Shown piece by piece: positions 37,098 to 46,401 of a stretch of DNA of 64,000 nucleotides. Origin of the DNA: a virus. The position numbers were made by a program, and so were the translations under genes. The notes under the pieces are model-generated. The model was given only the letters and a program-made list of their open reading frames with translations, had not been told where the DNA came from and ran no database searches. Position 1 is the stretch's first letter. Every line of letters begins with the position of its first letter. Location: positions 1 through 64,000 of the IMG/VR virus record IMGVR_UViG_3300028549_000092; one strand, written 5' to 3'.

Positions 37098-38180
37098 TTA
37101 TACAGACATCAGTTGCTTTGCTATCTGTAAAGACTTATCGTTAATCTTGAAATGATTACCGTAATACATACTCTTAATCTTATCGTCAGGAGTAGTGTAT
37201 CTAGCAATGTTTTGGAAGTAACCGGTAATAGCATTGTAACCAGCCCATAGTGTACCTTTGACTTCAGGTAAATCTTGACCTGCACCATCAAAGTAATAAC
37301 TTTCTACACTATCCAGTATGTTATACTTTCTAGTAGAAACAGCTTCGATCAGCGGCATACCTCCGTTAATCTTATAAATCTCATCACTGGTCATAAATAC
37401 ACTACGAATATAATCCATAGCTTCATGATCAGTCAGTTTGGTTTTAGCCATAGCTCTGTAAACTTCCTCAACACTTTTAGAGTTGACATGTTCAATCCTT
37501 AGAATGTTAGCGGCATTATCCAATCGGTTCTTTGCGTTAACGGTGTGCATAACTCTATATTTAGAAGTAGCACTATTCATAGCAGCCATTAGCGTATTAT
37601 TGCAAACAACTCTAATATTAGTAAACATAACTTCAATAGAACTAAGACCGTTGTGAGAATTTGTTAAAAGTAGATATTTATCTACAATGTCGTCACCTAC
37701 TACTCTAATCGTATCCGGCAGTTTAGCAGTAATAAAAACTCTTTCTCCTCTACCAATAACTCCAGCAGTTTCAAAGATAGCTTTCTTTTCTCTAACGATG
37801 TCGTCAAAGAATTGGAAAGCATCAACATTTTGATAAACCTCGTAATCAGTACCGACGTTACCAAGAATCTGACGAGTGTCAGTACGATATGTACTAAAAC
37901 TGGCAGGATTGACAACAAGTCTTTCTTTAGGAATCTTAATAAACGGATCGACAAGTAGAGGTATGTCTAGTAAATCTTTACGACGTTCATCAACGACTTC
38001 GTCATAGTAGATGTCTGTAAAGTTAGGAGCTTTAATAACAGTGTAATCAAGACGAGCTGTACGAATAGCTTCTTCAGAAGTAAGAGCGTTTTCAACTATA
38101 GTACCTAGACCATGCCAAGGTTTTTCCTTAACAACGAAAAGAGATGTTTTATTATCTCTAATTTCTAATTTATGAGCCAT
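37098..38180 (-). CDS. DUF932 / phage-plasmid-like protein
   Basis: The N-terminus KEKPWHGLGTIVENALTSEEAIRTARLDYTV matches the characteristic DUF932 opening. Confidence 0.7.
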   Translation of the reverse strand: MAHKLEIRDNKTSLFVVKEKPWHGLGTIVENALTSEEAIRTARLDYTVIKAPNFTDIYYDEVVDERRKDLLDIPLLVDPFIKIPKERLVVNPASFSTYRTDTRQILGNVGTDYEVYQNVDAFQFFDDIVREKKAIFETAGVIGRGERVFITAKLPDTIRVVGDDIVDKYLLLTNSHNGLSSIEVMFTNIRVVCNNTLMAAMNSATSKYRVMHTVNAKNRLDNAANILRIEHVNSKSVEEVYRAMAKTKLTDHEAMDYIRSVFMTSDEIYKINGGMPLIEAVSTRKYNILDSVESYYFDGAGQDLPEVKGTLWAGYNAITGYFQNIARYTTPDDKIKSMYYGNHFKINDKSLQIAKQLMSV

Positions 38181-38193
38181 AATAGTTTCCTTT

Positions 38194-38218
38194 TAGATTC
38201 CCCCGTAGTGAAGAGGGT
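38194..38218 (+). repeat. Dispersed motif copy (intergenic)
   Basis: tagattcccccgtagtgaagagggt. Lies between the DUF932 start and the Gp157-like stop. Its 3' end forms one arm of hairpin 38213-38240. Confidence 0.9.
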
Positions 38219-38240
38219 AACGATCATTACCGCTACCCTC
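38213..38240 (-). terminator. Hairpin after the Gp157-like gene (shares an arm with a dispersed-motif copy)
   Basis: gagggta...taccctc. Confidence 0.5.
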
Positions 38241-38252
38241 CTGCTATCAAGT

Positions 38253-39014
38253 TTATCGAATTATTAAACTTTCAGTACGACGAAGTTGAACAATACTAAG
38301 CATTTCACCTCCCTTAAGTCTCTCAGTAAGACTCTTCTTGCGGAACTTAACATCCTTAACAGTAAAGTCTTTATCGAGAACAAAGCCAGCAGCTTCTAAA
38401 ACGTTAACCATTTTGTTCAGCTGATGGATATTAGTAGAAGCTTCGATATTAAATGTTAGAGCAGAACCTAATTCGTTCTCAATGGTATTAGCTCTTTCAA
38501 GCTTAGCCATTTCAAGAGTAACCTCACCTTCTTTGATCTGTTCAGCAGGTGCAAAAGGATCGACATCGGTACTAGTGGCCATCTTTAAGATTTCAGTACA
38601 AAGATCCTTTTCAACCTCATCGGCGTTTTTATCCAAAGTAGGTACAAAAGCTGCATTCTCAGCGTTGTTTTTAATAAACACTGTATGAAGCGTAGTCTTA
38701 TATGTACGGATACCTCTTATAGTAAAAGCGTTTTCAATACTATCTTTAAGACGTTTTTCAATACCTTTGTACATGGTGATTCTACCGCTTAGACGATCTA
38801 TTTCGTCATTAACCATAGCCTGTTCACCTTTGTACTTTTGAACGAGATACGCGTATGCACTTACTTTCTTATCAAATTCAGCAACGCTAATCGCTAGTCT
38901 AGCTTCTAAACTTTCATCTAGTACACCTTCTGCGGTTTCGATGTCTGACATTAACTCTAAGTAGTCTTGCTCTATTGAGAAAAGACTTCTTTGTTGTGGT
39001 TTACTCTCTGCCAT
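38253..39014 (-). CDS. Gp157-like protein (siphovirus Gp157 family pattern)
   Basis: N-terminal LFSIEQDYLELMSDIE...DESLEARLA...FDKKVSAYAYLVQKY coiled-coil pattern, typical of the Gp157 family. Confidence 0.5.
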   Translation of the reverse strand: MAESKPQQRSLFSIEQDYLELMSDIETAEGVLDESLEARLAISVAEFDKKVSAYAYLVQKYKGEQAMVNDEIDRLSGRITMYKGIEKRLKDSIENAFTIRGIRTYKTTLHTVFIKNNAENAAFVPTLDKNADEVEKDLCTEILKMATSTDVDPFAPAEQIKEGEVTLEMAKLERANTIENELGSALTFNIEASTNIHQLNKMVNVLEAAGFVLDKDFTVKDVKFRKKSLTERLKGGEMLSIVQLRRTESLIIR

Positions 39015-39015
39015 T

Positions 39016-39603
39016 TTAAATAACTTTATTGGTTGTTAGAATGTCACTAATAGCACTGATAAACTCTCTAGTTCCAATTTTACCAGTGTCTAGTACGTAT
39101 TTAAACGGGTAACTATCTAGTTCACATTCACTAGCATGGTCGTTACCAATTTCCGTTTCGATATTGCCGGGATTACCGTTAAGTCTAATCAAAATACCAC
39201 CGTGCTTAATGATAAAGTCGGCTTCGTTTTTGAATCGAACGTCGTCAACGATAACATTCTTAACAAGTTTACCTTTATCGTCCAAGATGTGATTAGCCAA
39301 GTACTTAACCCAAATGTTAGGATCGATACTACGAGTTACATCTGTACCAAGTTTTTGCATAAACTCTCTACGAGTAATGTTTAAACCTTTGGCGAGTTCA
39401 TACTTTTTAGTCTCACTGTTGTAATTAGTAACATCGTCACTTGTGAGATACCCGCAAATGTCTTTAACAGGTGTTGCGAAAGAACGTTGATCCCACTTTG
39501 AATATCGAATAGGATTAACGTTACCAGTAACTCGCATGATAATGTTTGCAACACTGGTCTTACCAGTATGCTTTTTACCGGATATTCCAATTAGAATAGG
39601 CAT
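39016..39603 (-). CDS. P-loop kinase, dNMP-kinase-like
   Basis: Walker A GISGKKHTGKTS at the N-terminus. The size (about 195 aa) and position beside dUTPase and ThyA fit this call. Confidence 0.55.
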   Translation of the reverse strand: MPILIGISGKKHTGKTSVANIIMRVTGNVNPIRYSKWDQRSFATPVKDICGYLTSDDVTNYNSETKKYELAKGLNITRREFMQKLGTDVTRSIDPNIWVKYLANHILDDKGKLVKNVIVDDVRFKNEADFIIKHGGILIRLNGNPGNIETEIGNDHASECELDSYPFKYVLDTGKIGTREFISAISDILTTNKVI

Positions 39604-39615
39604 AACAATCTTATT

Positions 39616-39759
39616 TTAAGGTTCAGGGTACATCATACCCAAAATTAGTAGTACAATACAAATAACAATAAACAGAATCTTAGCACCACTAATAGGAGGT
39701 TGATTATCCTTAACACCTCTGCCATATATTCGGTCATACTCTTCATCGTCCATTCTCAT
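39616..39759 (-). CDS. Small membrane protein (47 aa), not in ORF track
   Basis: Hand translation: MRMDDEEYDRIYGRGVKDNQPPISGAKILFIVICIVLLILGMMYPEP. It fills the gap between neighbouring genes. Confidence 0.4.
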   Translation of the reverse strand: MRMDDEEYDRIYGRGVKDNQPPISGAKILFIVICIVLLILGMMYPEP

Positions 39760-39765
39760 AATAAC

Positions 39766-40062
39766 TTAAATTTGAAAACTAATACTCATATTAGCTCTAA
39801 TGTTAGTAACCATTTCGTCTACAGTACTATATTGAAATCTATGTTCACACACACCGAGATCATTTTCGTAAGTAACGATTAACATAGCCAGTTTAAAAGG
39901 GCTAGATTGATCGCTAATAGTCTGTACAACTCCATACTCAACTTTAAGTAAATCTTCACCATAAAGTTTTTGTAGTTCTATGACTATTTTGATAAGACTA
40001 GCTTCACTTTCTACCCAACTCCTACGAGAAGCAATAGCATTTAGATCAGTTCCTTTTTTCAT
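39766..40062 (-). CDS. Hypothetical protein (98 aa)
   Basis: ORF in the operon. No motif recognised. Confidence 0.6.
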   Translation of the reverse strand: MKKGTDLNAIASRRSWVESEASLIKIVIELQKLYGEDLLKVEYGVVQTISDQSSPFKLAMLIVTYENDLGVCEHRFQYSTVDEMVTNIRANMSISFQI

Positions 40063-40579
40063 AAGCGGTTGTATTAAGATTAAGGGTTATTGAAGATACT
40101 TTAGTAGTCTTACCAAGTTTATCATTGTAAGCTTTACCATACATACCGAGTTTATTTGCATATTGTTTAGAAAGTCTACCTTTTGGCCCACCGTTCCAAA
40201 CTTTACCAACTTCTCTAATAGATAGGTTTTTAACATAAGCTTTAATGTACGCCGAAAACAGAGTAAATGCAACATTAGAATCATTGGCATCGTTATGCTT
40301 GTAACGAGTACCATAAATTCTATTAATATCTTTGACGGCAATAGCTCTTATTTGAACAATACCTTTTGCGTTTTCTTTTACATTATGAGCATTTGCATTA
40401 CCATTACTTTCAATAGTAGAAATGATATGAAATAGATCAAGAATTAGAAAGTTAGAACTAGTAATAGATTTAAACATATTACTAGGTCTAGCCATACCTA
40501 TGCGAATAGACAATGTAGAAAGTATCACCAATACTATTAATATTAATGATACTTTCACTATGCTAAAACGGGAAATCAT
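40046..40579 (-). CDS. SLT-domain lytic transglycosylase with N-terminal signal-anchor
   Basis: STIESNGNANAH...AKGIVQI matches the E-S ... G-x-x-Q-I SLT pattern. The N-terminus VSLILIVLVILSTL is hydrophobic. Confidence 0.6.
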   Translation of the reverse strand: MISRFSIVKVSLILIVLVILSTLSIRIGMARPSNMFKSITSSNFLILDLFHIISTIESNGNANAHNVKENAKGIVQIRAIAVKDINRIYGTRYKHNDANDSNVAFTLFSAYIKAYVKNLSIREVGKVWNGGPKGRLSKQYANKLGMYGKAYNDKLGKTTKVSSITLNLNTTAYEKRN

Positions 40580-41072
40580 CTTCTACGGTTCCATTAGCAA
40601 TATCGTCACTAGTATAACGACCAGCCGGAGTAGGAATTTGAGAAGTTTTGTTTTCAACAACTTCATCTACAAACTCTACATACTCTACATCTGTAACATT
40701 AAGATGTTGGTTGTCATCTTCAACTGTTTTCCTAATAGACTCCGCAAGATGGTCATAAGTTTCTTTTAGAACGCTAGTCTTGATATTAAACTTTGCATCT
40801 CTATTGACACGATAAAGAGTTTTGTAATGTCTAATAGTTTCACAAGCAGCTCTGTCAATTTCAATAGGATTACTGAAATACCAATCACCAGTAATACTGC
40901 TCATAAAAGCAGATTCAATCTTACCGCTGTTAAGATAAACCTTGAACCTAGGAGTTTTACCAGTATTGATAGATCTATCGATACTACCTGTAAACAGTAT
41001 GTCTTTACCAAAATCAATACGAAGAGCATCTTGCATTCTCTTCATTATACTATCTAAAGTCTTAGCTTTCAT
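40563..41072 (-). CDS. Protein with SSB-type acidic C-terminal tip (putative ssDNA-binding / SSB-interactome protein)
   Basis: Ends ...TVEDDFPF, compared with the bacterial SSB tip DDDIPF. The tip is preceded by a Pro/Thr/Ser linker. 169 aa. Confidence 0.45.
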   Translation of the reverse strand: MKAKTLDSIMKRMQDALRIDFGKDILFTGSIDRSINTGKTPRFKVYLNSGKIESAFMSSITGDWYFSNPIEIDRAACETIRHYKTLYRVNRDAKFNIKTSVLKETYDHLAESIRKTVEDDNQHLNVTDVEYVEFVDEVVENKTSQIPTPAGRYTSDDIANGTVEDDFPF

Positions 41073-41084
41073 AGCTTTTAAATT

Positions 41085-41393
41085 TTAATTAATTTCAAAT
41101 CGCAAACCTTTTTTGACAATAGCCTTATAAACTCTTTTTAAAGATTCATTAGCTTTATTCCTAGTAGTAAGTCTGAAAACACGATATTGATTATCACACT
41201 CAGCATTCTCATTGTAAACTCCTAAATCACTAATAGTATTTAAGATATCTTCATTAGACTTAGTAGCTGGTGAATACATAAAGAAACTATTACGAGTAAG
41301 CTTAGGAATACTCCAAAGTTTCATGTATCGTTGAACTATAAGTAACTTTACGTTATCTATGGTCATACTCACGGCAATAGAATAGTTCTCCAT
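41085..41393 (-). CDS. Hypothetical protein (102 aa)
   Basis: ORF in the operon. Confidence 0.6.
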   Translation of the reverse strand: MENYSIAVSMTIDNVKLLIVQRYMKLWSIPKLTRNSFFMYSPATKSNEDILNTISDLGVYNENAECDNQYRVFRLTTRNKANESLKRVYKAIVKKGLRFEIN

Positions 41394-41396
41394 GGC

Positions 41397-41666
41397 TTAG
41401 GGATTATCAGGTAAACGTTTATACATAACGGATTTACCGTCAGGTCTACTGTACGTTTTACCATCAATAGTAGACAACATAGGATCAGACATACATCGAT
41501 ACTTAATGTACCAATCGTTATTGGCAGTTTGACAAATAGGTCTAGCGTCACAAGATGCACAAATATTAGGAGTTCTAGCATAAGCTTTAAGCGTAGCGTA
41601 AAATCCATCGGGCGCATTGTTTATGTTAACACCATCCTTGTCGTACTTAGGAAGTCTATTATCCAT
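41397..41666 (-). CDS. Hypothetical Cys-rich protein (89 aa)
   Basis: Contains CASCDARPICQ...YRC. Confidence 0.55.
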   Translation of the reverse strand: MDNRLPKYDKDGVNINNAPDGFYATLKAYARTPNICASCDARPICQTANNDWYIKYRCMSDPMLSTIDGKTYSRPDGKSVMYKRLPDNP

Positions 41667-41678
41667 AGCGATCAGAAT

Positions 41679-42857
41679 TTATTCATAGTCACGAATGACA
41701 ATGACGTTAGCATGAAATGGAACATTTTTAACACCACTACGTTCAAAGAACTTAACAGTAGCGAACTTACCTATAAGGTTTTCCTTATCATCTAGGTATC
41801 GTTTACGAAGTTCGTAACTACCAACAGGATTGCATTCAAACACTTCTTCGTTAATATCGTTCTTTAGAACGAATATGGCAGTTTCAGGTTCTTTAGGCTT
41901 AGGGATAACATCTAAGATTTTACATTCAGTATCAAGATTAAACTTGAGTTTTTGAATAGTATCAGGTCTTTGACCAAAACTATATTCACTGTGGTATGTT
42001 CTAAAGATAGCACCTTCATAACCATTAGACACGTGATGTTGAGCATATGCGACACATTCACTTTTAACCATAGGTCTATAATCAACGAGTACAATGGGTT
42101 TACCACCATAATACTGTAGTACATGATGGTTTTGACTACTAAACGAAATCACATTTTGATGACTACCACATATACGATAAAGATCTTGTAGTCTATCTAA
42201 TTGTCCAACATTTTCAATAGCCAAATCAAACATCCAAAATTGAACTTCCAAAGGATTACCAGTAACTTTACTTAATGTACCTTTGAAATTAACCATTGGT
42301 ACACTAGCTTTAATCTCGTTAAGTTTCTTACCGGGAATATAAAATTCTCCATCGTAAACTTCATCGTTACTAAACATATCTTTGGTAAAACAATTGGTAA
42401 TGTGTGGAATCACATACTCGTTACCTTTTTTAGATAGAGCTATAGCTCGTTCTTCAACCTTTGCGAAAACACCTTCTCCAACAACTCTTACTGACCATAG
42501 AATATAGGCACGAATGCCATTTATCTTAGGTTGATCAATAAGGTTATTATCGAGTTTGTGATGATTATCTCGATAAGGTTGACATTTCATAGGAATGATA
42601 AACCCTTCAGCAGTAACGTTACCATGCTTTAAAATAGCTTCAACGTTATTGAATTGAGGAGTCTCTATATATCCTACTTTGAGCTTCTCTCTAACCATAG
42701 AGTTAAACTGATTTTTAGAAATAACCGTAATAACTTTAGAATTAGCGAAGGGATTCTCTATAGAACCCCATCGCGTAACTATTGTTTTACCATCTATTTC
42801 TATACTCCAACATTTAACACCTTGGTTAATGTCACGAGCAGAAAAGTTTCTAGTCAT
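41679..42857 (-). CDS. ATP-dependent DNA ligase (392 aa from ATG 42857)
   Basis: Motif I PKINGIRA, motif III VYDGEFY, motif IV EGAIFR, motif V QKLKF. The start ATGACTAG overlaps the upstream stop. Confidence 0.85.
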   Translation of the reverse strand: MTRNFSARDINQGVKCWSIEIDGKTIVTRWGSIENPFANSKVITVISKNQFNSMVREKLKVGYIETPQFNNVEAILKHGNVTAEGFIIPMKCQPYRDNHHKLDNNLIDQPKINGIRAYILWSVRVVGEGVFAKVEERAIALSKKGNEYVIPHITNCFTKDMFSNDEVYDGEFYIPGKKLNEIKASVPMVNFKGTLSKVTGNPLEVQFWMFDLAIENVGQLDRLQDLYRICGSHQNVISFSSQNHHVLQYYGGKPIVLVDYRPMVKSECVAYAQHHVSNGYEGAIFRTYHSEYSFGQRPDTIQKLKFNLDTECKILDVIPKPKEPETAIFVLKNDINEEVFECNPVGSYELRKRYLDDKENLIGKFATVKFFERSGVKNVPFHANVIVIRDYE

Positions 42858-43320
42858 TAGCAGATTGATATTGATTAATAAAACTTTGATAAAGTTCACT
42901 ATTCTTAAGTCGATCGGCATCAATTGTAAAGACAATAGCCAGTTTAGGATTACCAATCAGAGATATGTGATACTTGAAATACTTTTCATGTGTACCTGTA
43001 ACCTGTTTAACAATCTTACCTATAGAGGTATTATACAAAGGTGCCGACCTAGTCTCAAAATCAAAATTTGCAGGCATACGAGTGTTATCGTCAACTACAA
43101 TCTTTTTAATCAGAGCTAAATCAATTTCGCTAGTATCACCAGCAGCAATTATTTGATACTTTGCAATACTAATATCACAAAGCTTTAGTTTTCCTGTTTC
43201 TAATAGACCGAAATCTTTTTCGTCTATAGGCATACAAACTATAAGACATGTTCCACTTTTACTAATAACAGTAAAAGGTACTTGCTTATACATGTAAGCA
43301 CCATCTGTACCATCGATCAT
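42850..43320 (-). CDS. Hypothetical protein (156 aa)
   Basis: ORF coupled to the ligase start. Confidence 0.6.
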   Translation of the reverse strand: MIDGTDGAYMYKQVPFTVISKSGTCLIVCMPIDEKDFGLLETGKLKLCDISIAKYQIIAAGDTSEIDLALIKKIVVDDNTRMPANFDFETRSAPLYNTSIGKIVKQVTGTHEKYFKYHISLIGNPKLAIVFTIDADRLKNSELYQSFINQYQSAND

Positions 43321-44462
43321 TGTAATATTGTTAGTAAGGTTTCTATAAAATACATTACATTATCATTCATAGTATCTTTACCTAGAATGACAACGTTATC
43401 AGTAAAATCTTTAGCGGGAAACGAGTTCTTAGTATTACGTTTACCATTAGTAAACATTAAACGAGGAACTTTAAAATCACGCTTAAGTCTTCCTGATCCA
43501 GTCAAACCTGCTCTATCGAAGTCAAACAGACTAAAAATAGCAGGTGTCCCATCTTCAAATTTCAGTTTAGTTCTACTAGCAAACCAATCATACATTTCTT
43601 TAGTAAAAATATGATTTTCAGCCGGAGGTGCAATCACTTCGATCTTAATGTAATCAGGCAGAAAAGACTTAATAGATAAAACATCTTTATAAGACTTTGT
43701 AATAAGCAATACATCCCAATCATCCTCTATTAAAGAATAGTTTTGAAAAGCATTACAGTTAGTCATGAACCTAGGTTTAGGAAAAGTCCTTCTAGGAAAA
43801 TAGATTTTATGATTATCTATGTTCAGATCATCTTTACCAAAATAGTAATCATACGCAGGATCTTGTTGAGTATAGGTGTATCTAGGTTCAGGTTGAGAAC
43901 CTCTATCTATCCAAAGATGTTGAATAGGATACGTCATATTATCTGTCAAATACTCGGTAACATCATAAGCATTGATTATCTTACCCCAATAAGCGATATC
44001 ACTACCGTTCCAATCTCTAAAACAAACTTCAAAAACATGTTTACGACTAATTAATTCTTTAATGCTAGTAATGTTAATTCGAGGCATAATGGTTTTACCA
44101 ATAGCGTCTCGAACTCCAAATCTAGCAGCAATATCTTTTAGGATCAAACAAAAATGTTCTTTATTTCTAACATTCAATCTAAGTTGAAATGCTACAGCGT
44201 CAAAACAATCACCCCAAAAGTATCCACTAAAATCTCTACCTTTAAGTTTACCGTTAGGATTATATTTAAAACCCATAGACGGAATATTGTCATCATATCT
44301 AAAAGGACTCTCGATTAAAAGGTTTTTATTTATGGCATTACGAATATCGCAGATGTCAATGTCCAAATACTTGCTAAAAATATTAATTTCATCAACTCTG
44401 GAAAGAATAAAATCTTTAGTTAGATTTCTATTAATATTCATATCGCTGAGGTTATTAAACAA
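43317..44462 (-). CDS. DnaG-like (Toprim) DNA primase
   Basis: Toprim-like DVLLITKSYKDVLSI and SLFDFDRAGL. The position in the replication cluster fits. Confidence 0.55.
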   Translation of the reverse strand: MFNNLSDMNINRNLTKDFILSRVDEINIFSKYLDIDICDIRNAINKNLLIESPFRYDDNIPSMGFKYNPNGKLKGRDFSGYFWGDCFDAVAFQLRLNVRNKEHFCLILKDIAARFGVRDAIGKTIMPRINITSIKELISRKHVFEVCFRDWNGSDIAYWGKIINAYDVTEYLTDNMTYPIQHLWIDRGSQPEPRYTYTQQDPAYDYYFGKDDLNIDNHKIYFPRRTFPKPRFMTNCNAFQNYSLIEDDWDVLLITKSYKDVLSIKSFLPDYIKIEVIAPPAENHIFTKEMYDWFASRTKLKFEDGTPAIFSLFDFDRAGLTGSGRLKRDFKVPRLMFTNGKRNTKNSFPAKDFTDNVVILGKDTMNDNVMYFIETLLTILQ

Positions 44463-44496
44463 AATAAGGGTTACTCAATTAAGAATAACCCTTATT
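44455..44496 (-). terminator. Terminator after the 288-aa gene
   Basis: aataagggtta...taacccttatt, then on the minus strand tttgttt. Confidence 0.75.
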
Positions 44497-44516
44497 TCAA
44501 AGATGATCAGAATACG

Positions 44517-45383
44517 TTAATGTTTAAGAAAGTCCGGTGTACCACCTACATTTGGATTAGCACCCTTCGAAGCTGGAGGAACGTTACTAGGGCCAGAACT
44601 TGGGCCAGCAACAGTTTCTCTAGGTTTAATGCTCTCACCTTTAGCAATGTTAACCTTTATGGTTGGTTCAATACCGGGACGATAAACTTCAATCACACCA
44701 TCTCCAGGGAAGATAGGCATACCAAAGTTACCTTGATTAACGGTTCTACTACCTACGTATAGAAGTAGTTTGATCCAAACTGGAATAGGATCACCGAGCG
44801 GATCGAGAGTTATAACCGGTAAAGTATGAACGGTTTCGCCAATAGTAACCTCTCCACCATTGAACACTTTAGCAAGGTTCTTGAAGAAAGTATCGTAGAG
44901 ACCTAGCAGTACGTCGACATCGGTAACGCCGTCAATAGGTAGCGCCAACATATGTTCGTAAGCATCCCATGCTTTATCGGCAACTTCCATAGGTAGTTCA
45001 TTAACGAACACATCCATGAAACTCTTACCGTAACCGGAAATTTGATCGTATTTCCATTTATCTTGTTTAAGAGGTACGGCATTGAAACTTTGAATGTAGA
45101 TACCACCTTCACCTTTATCGTCAGGGACACCTTGGAAAACAAATGAAATACGAGGAATAGCTTTACCTTTGAAAGACTTATAGCCGTCAGCATCAGCCTT
45201 TTCCCAAACCGAAGTAGTAGCTTCAACCTTAACAAGGTAGCCGATACATAGGTCAAAATCTTTACCAATAACAGGTTCAAGTTTTCTAGTAGCAGCACCT
45301 TTCGTAGCTCTGCTAATACCAGCACCAGTAACAATAGGTGCAATGATTGGAGCTTCATCTACTCCTTCTTTTTTAGTACCCAT
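44517..45383 (-). CDS. Hypothetical abundant-type protein (288 aa from ATG 45383)
   Basis: Locally GC-richer codons. Pro/Gly/Ser-rich tail ending TPDFLKH. A Bacteroidota-type promoter candidate and terminators flank it. Confidence 0.65.
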   Translation of the reverse strand: MGTKKEGVDEAPIIAPIVTGAGISRATKGAATRKLEPVIGKDFDLCIGYLVKVEATTSVWEKADADGYKSFKGKAIPRISFVFQGVPDDKGEGGIYIQSFNAVPLKQDKWKYDQISGYGKSFMDVFVNELPMEVADKAWDAYEHMLALPIDGVTDVDVLLGLYDTFFKNLAKVFNGGEVTIGETVHTLPVITLDPLGDPIPVWIKLLLYVGSRTVNQGNFGMPIFPGDGVIEVYRPGIEPTIKVNIAKGESIKPRETVAGPSSGPSNVPPASKGANPNVGGTPDFLKH

Positions 45384-45448
45384 AACTTTAATCTTTTTAA
45401 CGTTAAACGATTGCGATGTTATTGTTGTACGACCAATAACCAAGAGGT

Positions 45449-45479
45449 TAAAGGTAGCGTTTTATTTGCATATAGCAAA
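45449..45479 (-). promoter_or_regulatory. Candidate Bacteroidota-type promoter (-33 TTTG, 19 nt, -7 TACCTTTA)
   Basis: The minus strand reads TTTG-ctatatgcaaataaaacgc-TACCTTTA. The known Bacteroides consensus is TTTG / TAnnTTTG. It lies just after a terminator and before ATG 45383. Confidence 0.4.
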
Positions 45480-45510
45480 GAAAGCCCGACTAGAATAATC
45501 TAGTCGGGCT
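45472..45510 (-). terminator. Terminator after the 245-aa gene
   Basis: agcccgactaga-ataa-tctagtcgggct, then on the minus strand ttctttg. Confidence 0.85.
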
Positions 45511-45543
45511 AATTGGAAGTAAAACTAATGCTTTAGCAGGGGT

Positions 45544-46281
45544 TTACTTAACAAACGAATCGTTAGTTACAGCGTCACCGTTGCCAACTTCGTTTTCATC
45601 TTCGATAGCTTCACCTTCGGCAGCTTCACTCTTGTTACGAAGAATCTTATCTTCGTAACGATCGAAGGTCATAGGGTAACAAGGTACGTTAAGACCTTCA
45701 ACTTCCATGTCGAATTTACCCTCAACGTCAAGTTCCCAAATAGCGGTACGCTCTGCATTACCTTTGAGAGGAATGTAGTTAAGAGCATCCGAACCTTCAA
45801 CGATCTGACCTGGATCAGTAGAACCGTTAGTACTGGCAACTTTGAAACCTTTGTACATAACCTCGATAGGACGACCATTCTCGTCAACATCACCAATGTA
45901 AGTCTTGTCGGCAAGAGCAACTTCTTCGGCTTTGGTTAGACGCTTAGGTCCAAATTGGATATTACCTTTCTTAAGAGCAGGAACACCCTTGGCAATAGCG
46001 AACACGATGTTAGCTTCAACATCTTCCTCGTTAAGTTCACCATCAATAACAGCCATGCGAACAGCAGCTTCGTTAGAGATGAACATAAGACGATCACCAC
46101 TCACGATGTTAAGAATACGGGCAGCGGCCTGATTGATACGGAACTTGTCTTTTGTAACAGTAACGTGTAATTCAGGAGTTCCAGTCTTAGCTGGTCTAGC
46201 GTTGGTAGAAGCAACTGCGAATCCAAATTTCTTAACCTTAGCACCTTCAGCATTAGCTGAACTTTTAGTAAAATCTTCCAT
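45544..46281 (-). CDS. Hypothetical abundant-type protein with acidic tail (245 aa)
   Basis: GC-richer codons. Acidic C-terminus AEGEAIEDENEVGNGDAVTNDSFVK. Has its own terminator at 45472-45510. Confidence 0.7.
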   Translation of the reverse strand: MEDFTKSSANAEGAKVKKFGFAVASTNARPAKTGTPELHVTVTKDKFRINQAAARILNIVSGDRLMFISNEAAVRMAVIDGELNEEDVEANIVFAIAKGVPALKKGNIQFGPKRLTKAEEVALADKTYIGDVDENGRPIEVMYKGFKVASTNGSTDPGQIVEGSDALNYIPLKGNAERTAIWELDVEGKFDMEVEGLNVPCYPMTFDRYEDKILRNKSEAAEGEAIEDENEVGNGDAVTNDSFVK

Positions 46282-46339
46282 GTTGATTGAATTAAAAAAA
46301 TGAACAATATTGTTATTTACACCTTAGATAGTGTCATTG

Positions 46340-46388
46340 TTAAAAAGATTGAGGCTAGCTACTAGATAACCAGCATTGCCAGCCTCAA
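46340..46388 (-). terminator. Terminator after the RecT-like gene
   Basis: ttgaggctagc...gccagcctcaa (1 mismatch), then on the minus strand tcttttt. Confidence 0.7.
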
Positions 46389-46401
46389 CCTAAACTCGGG
46401 A

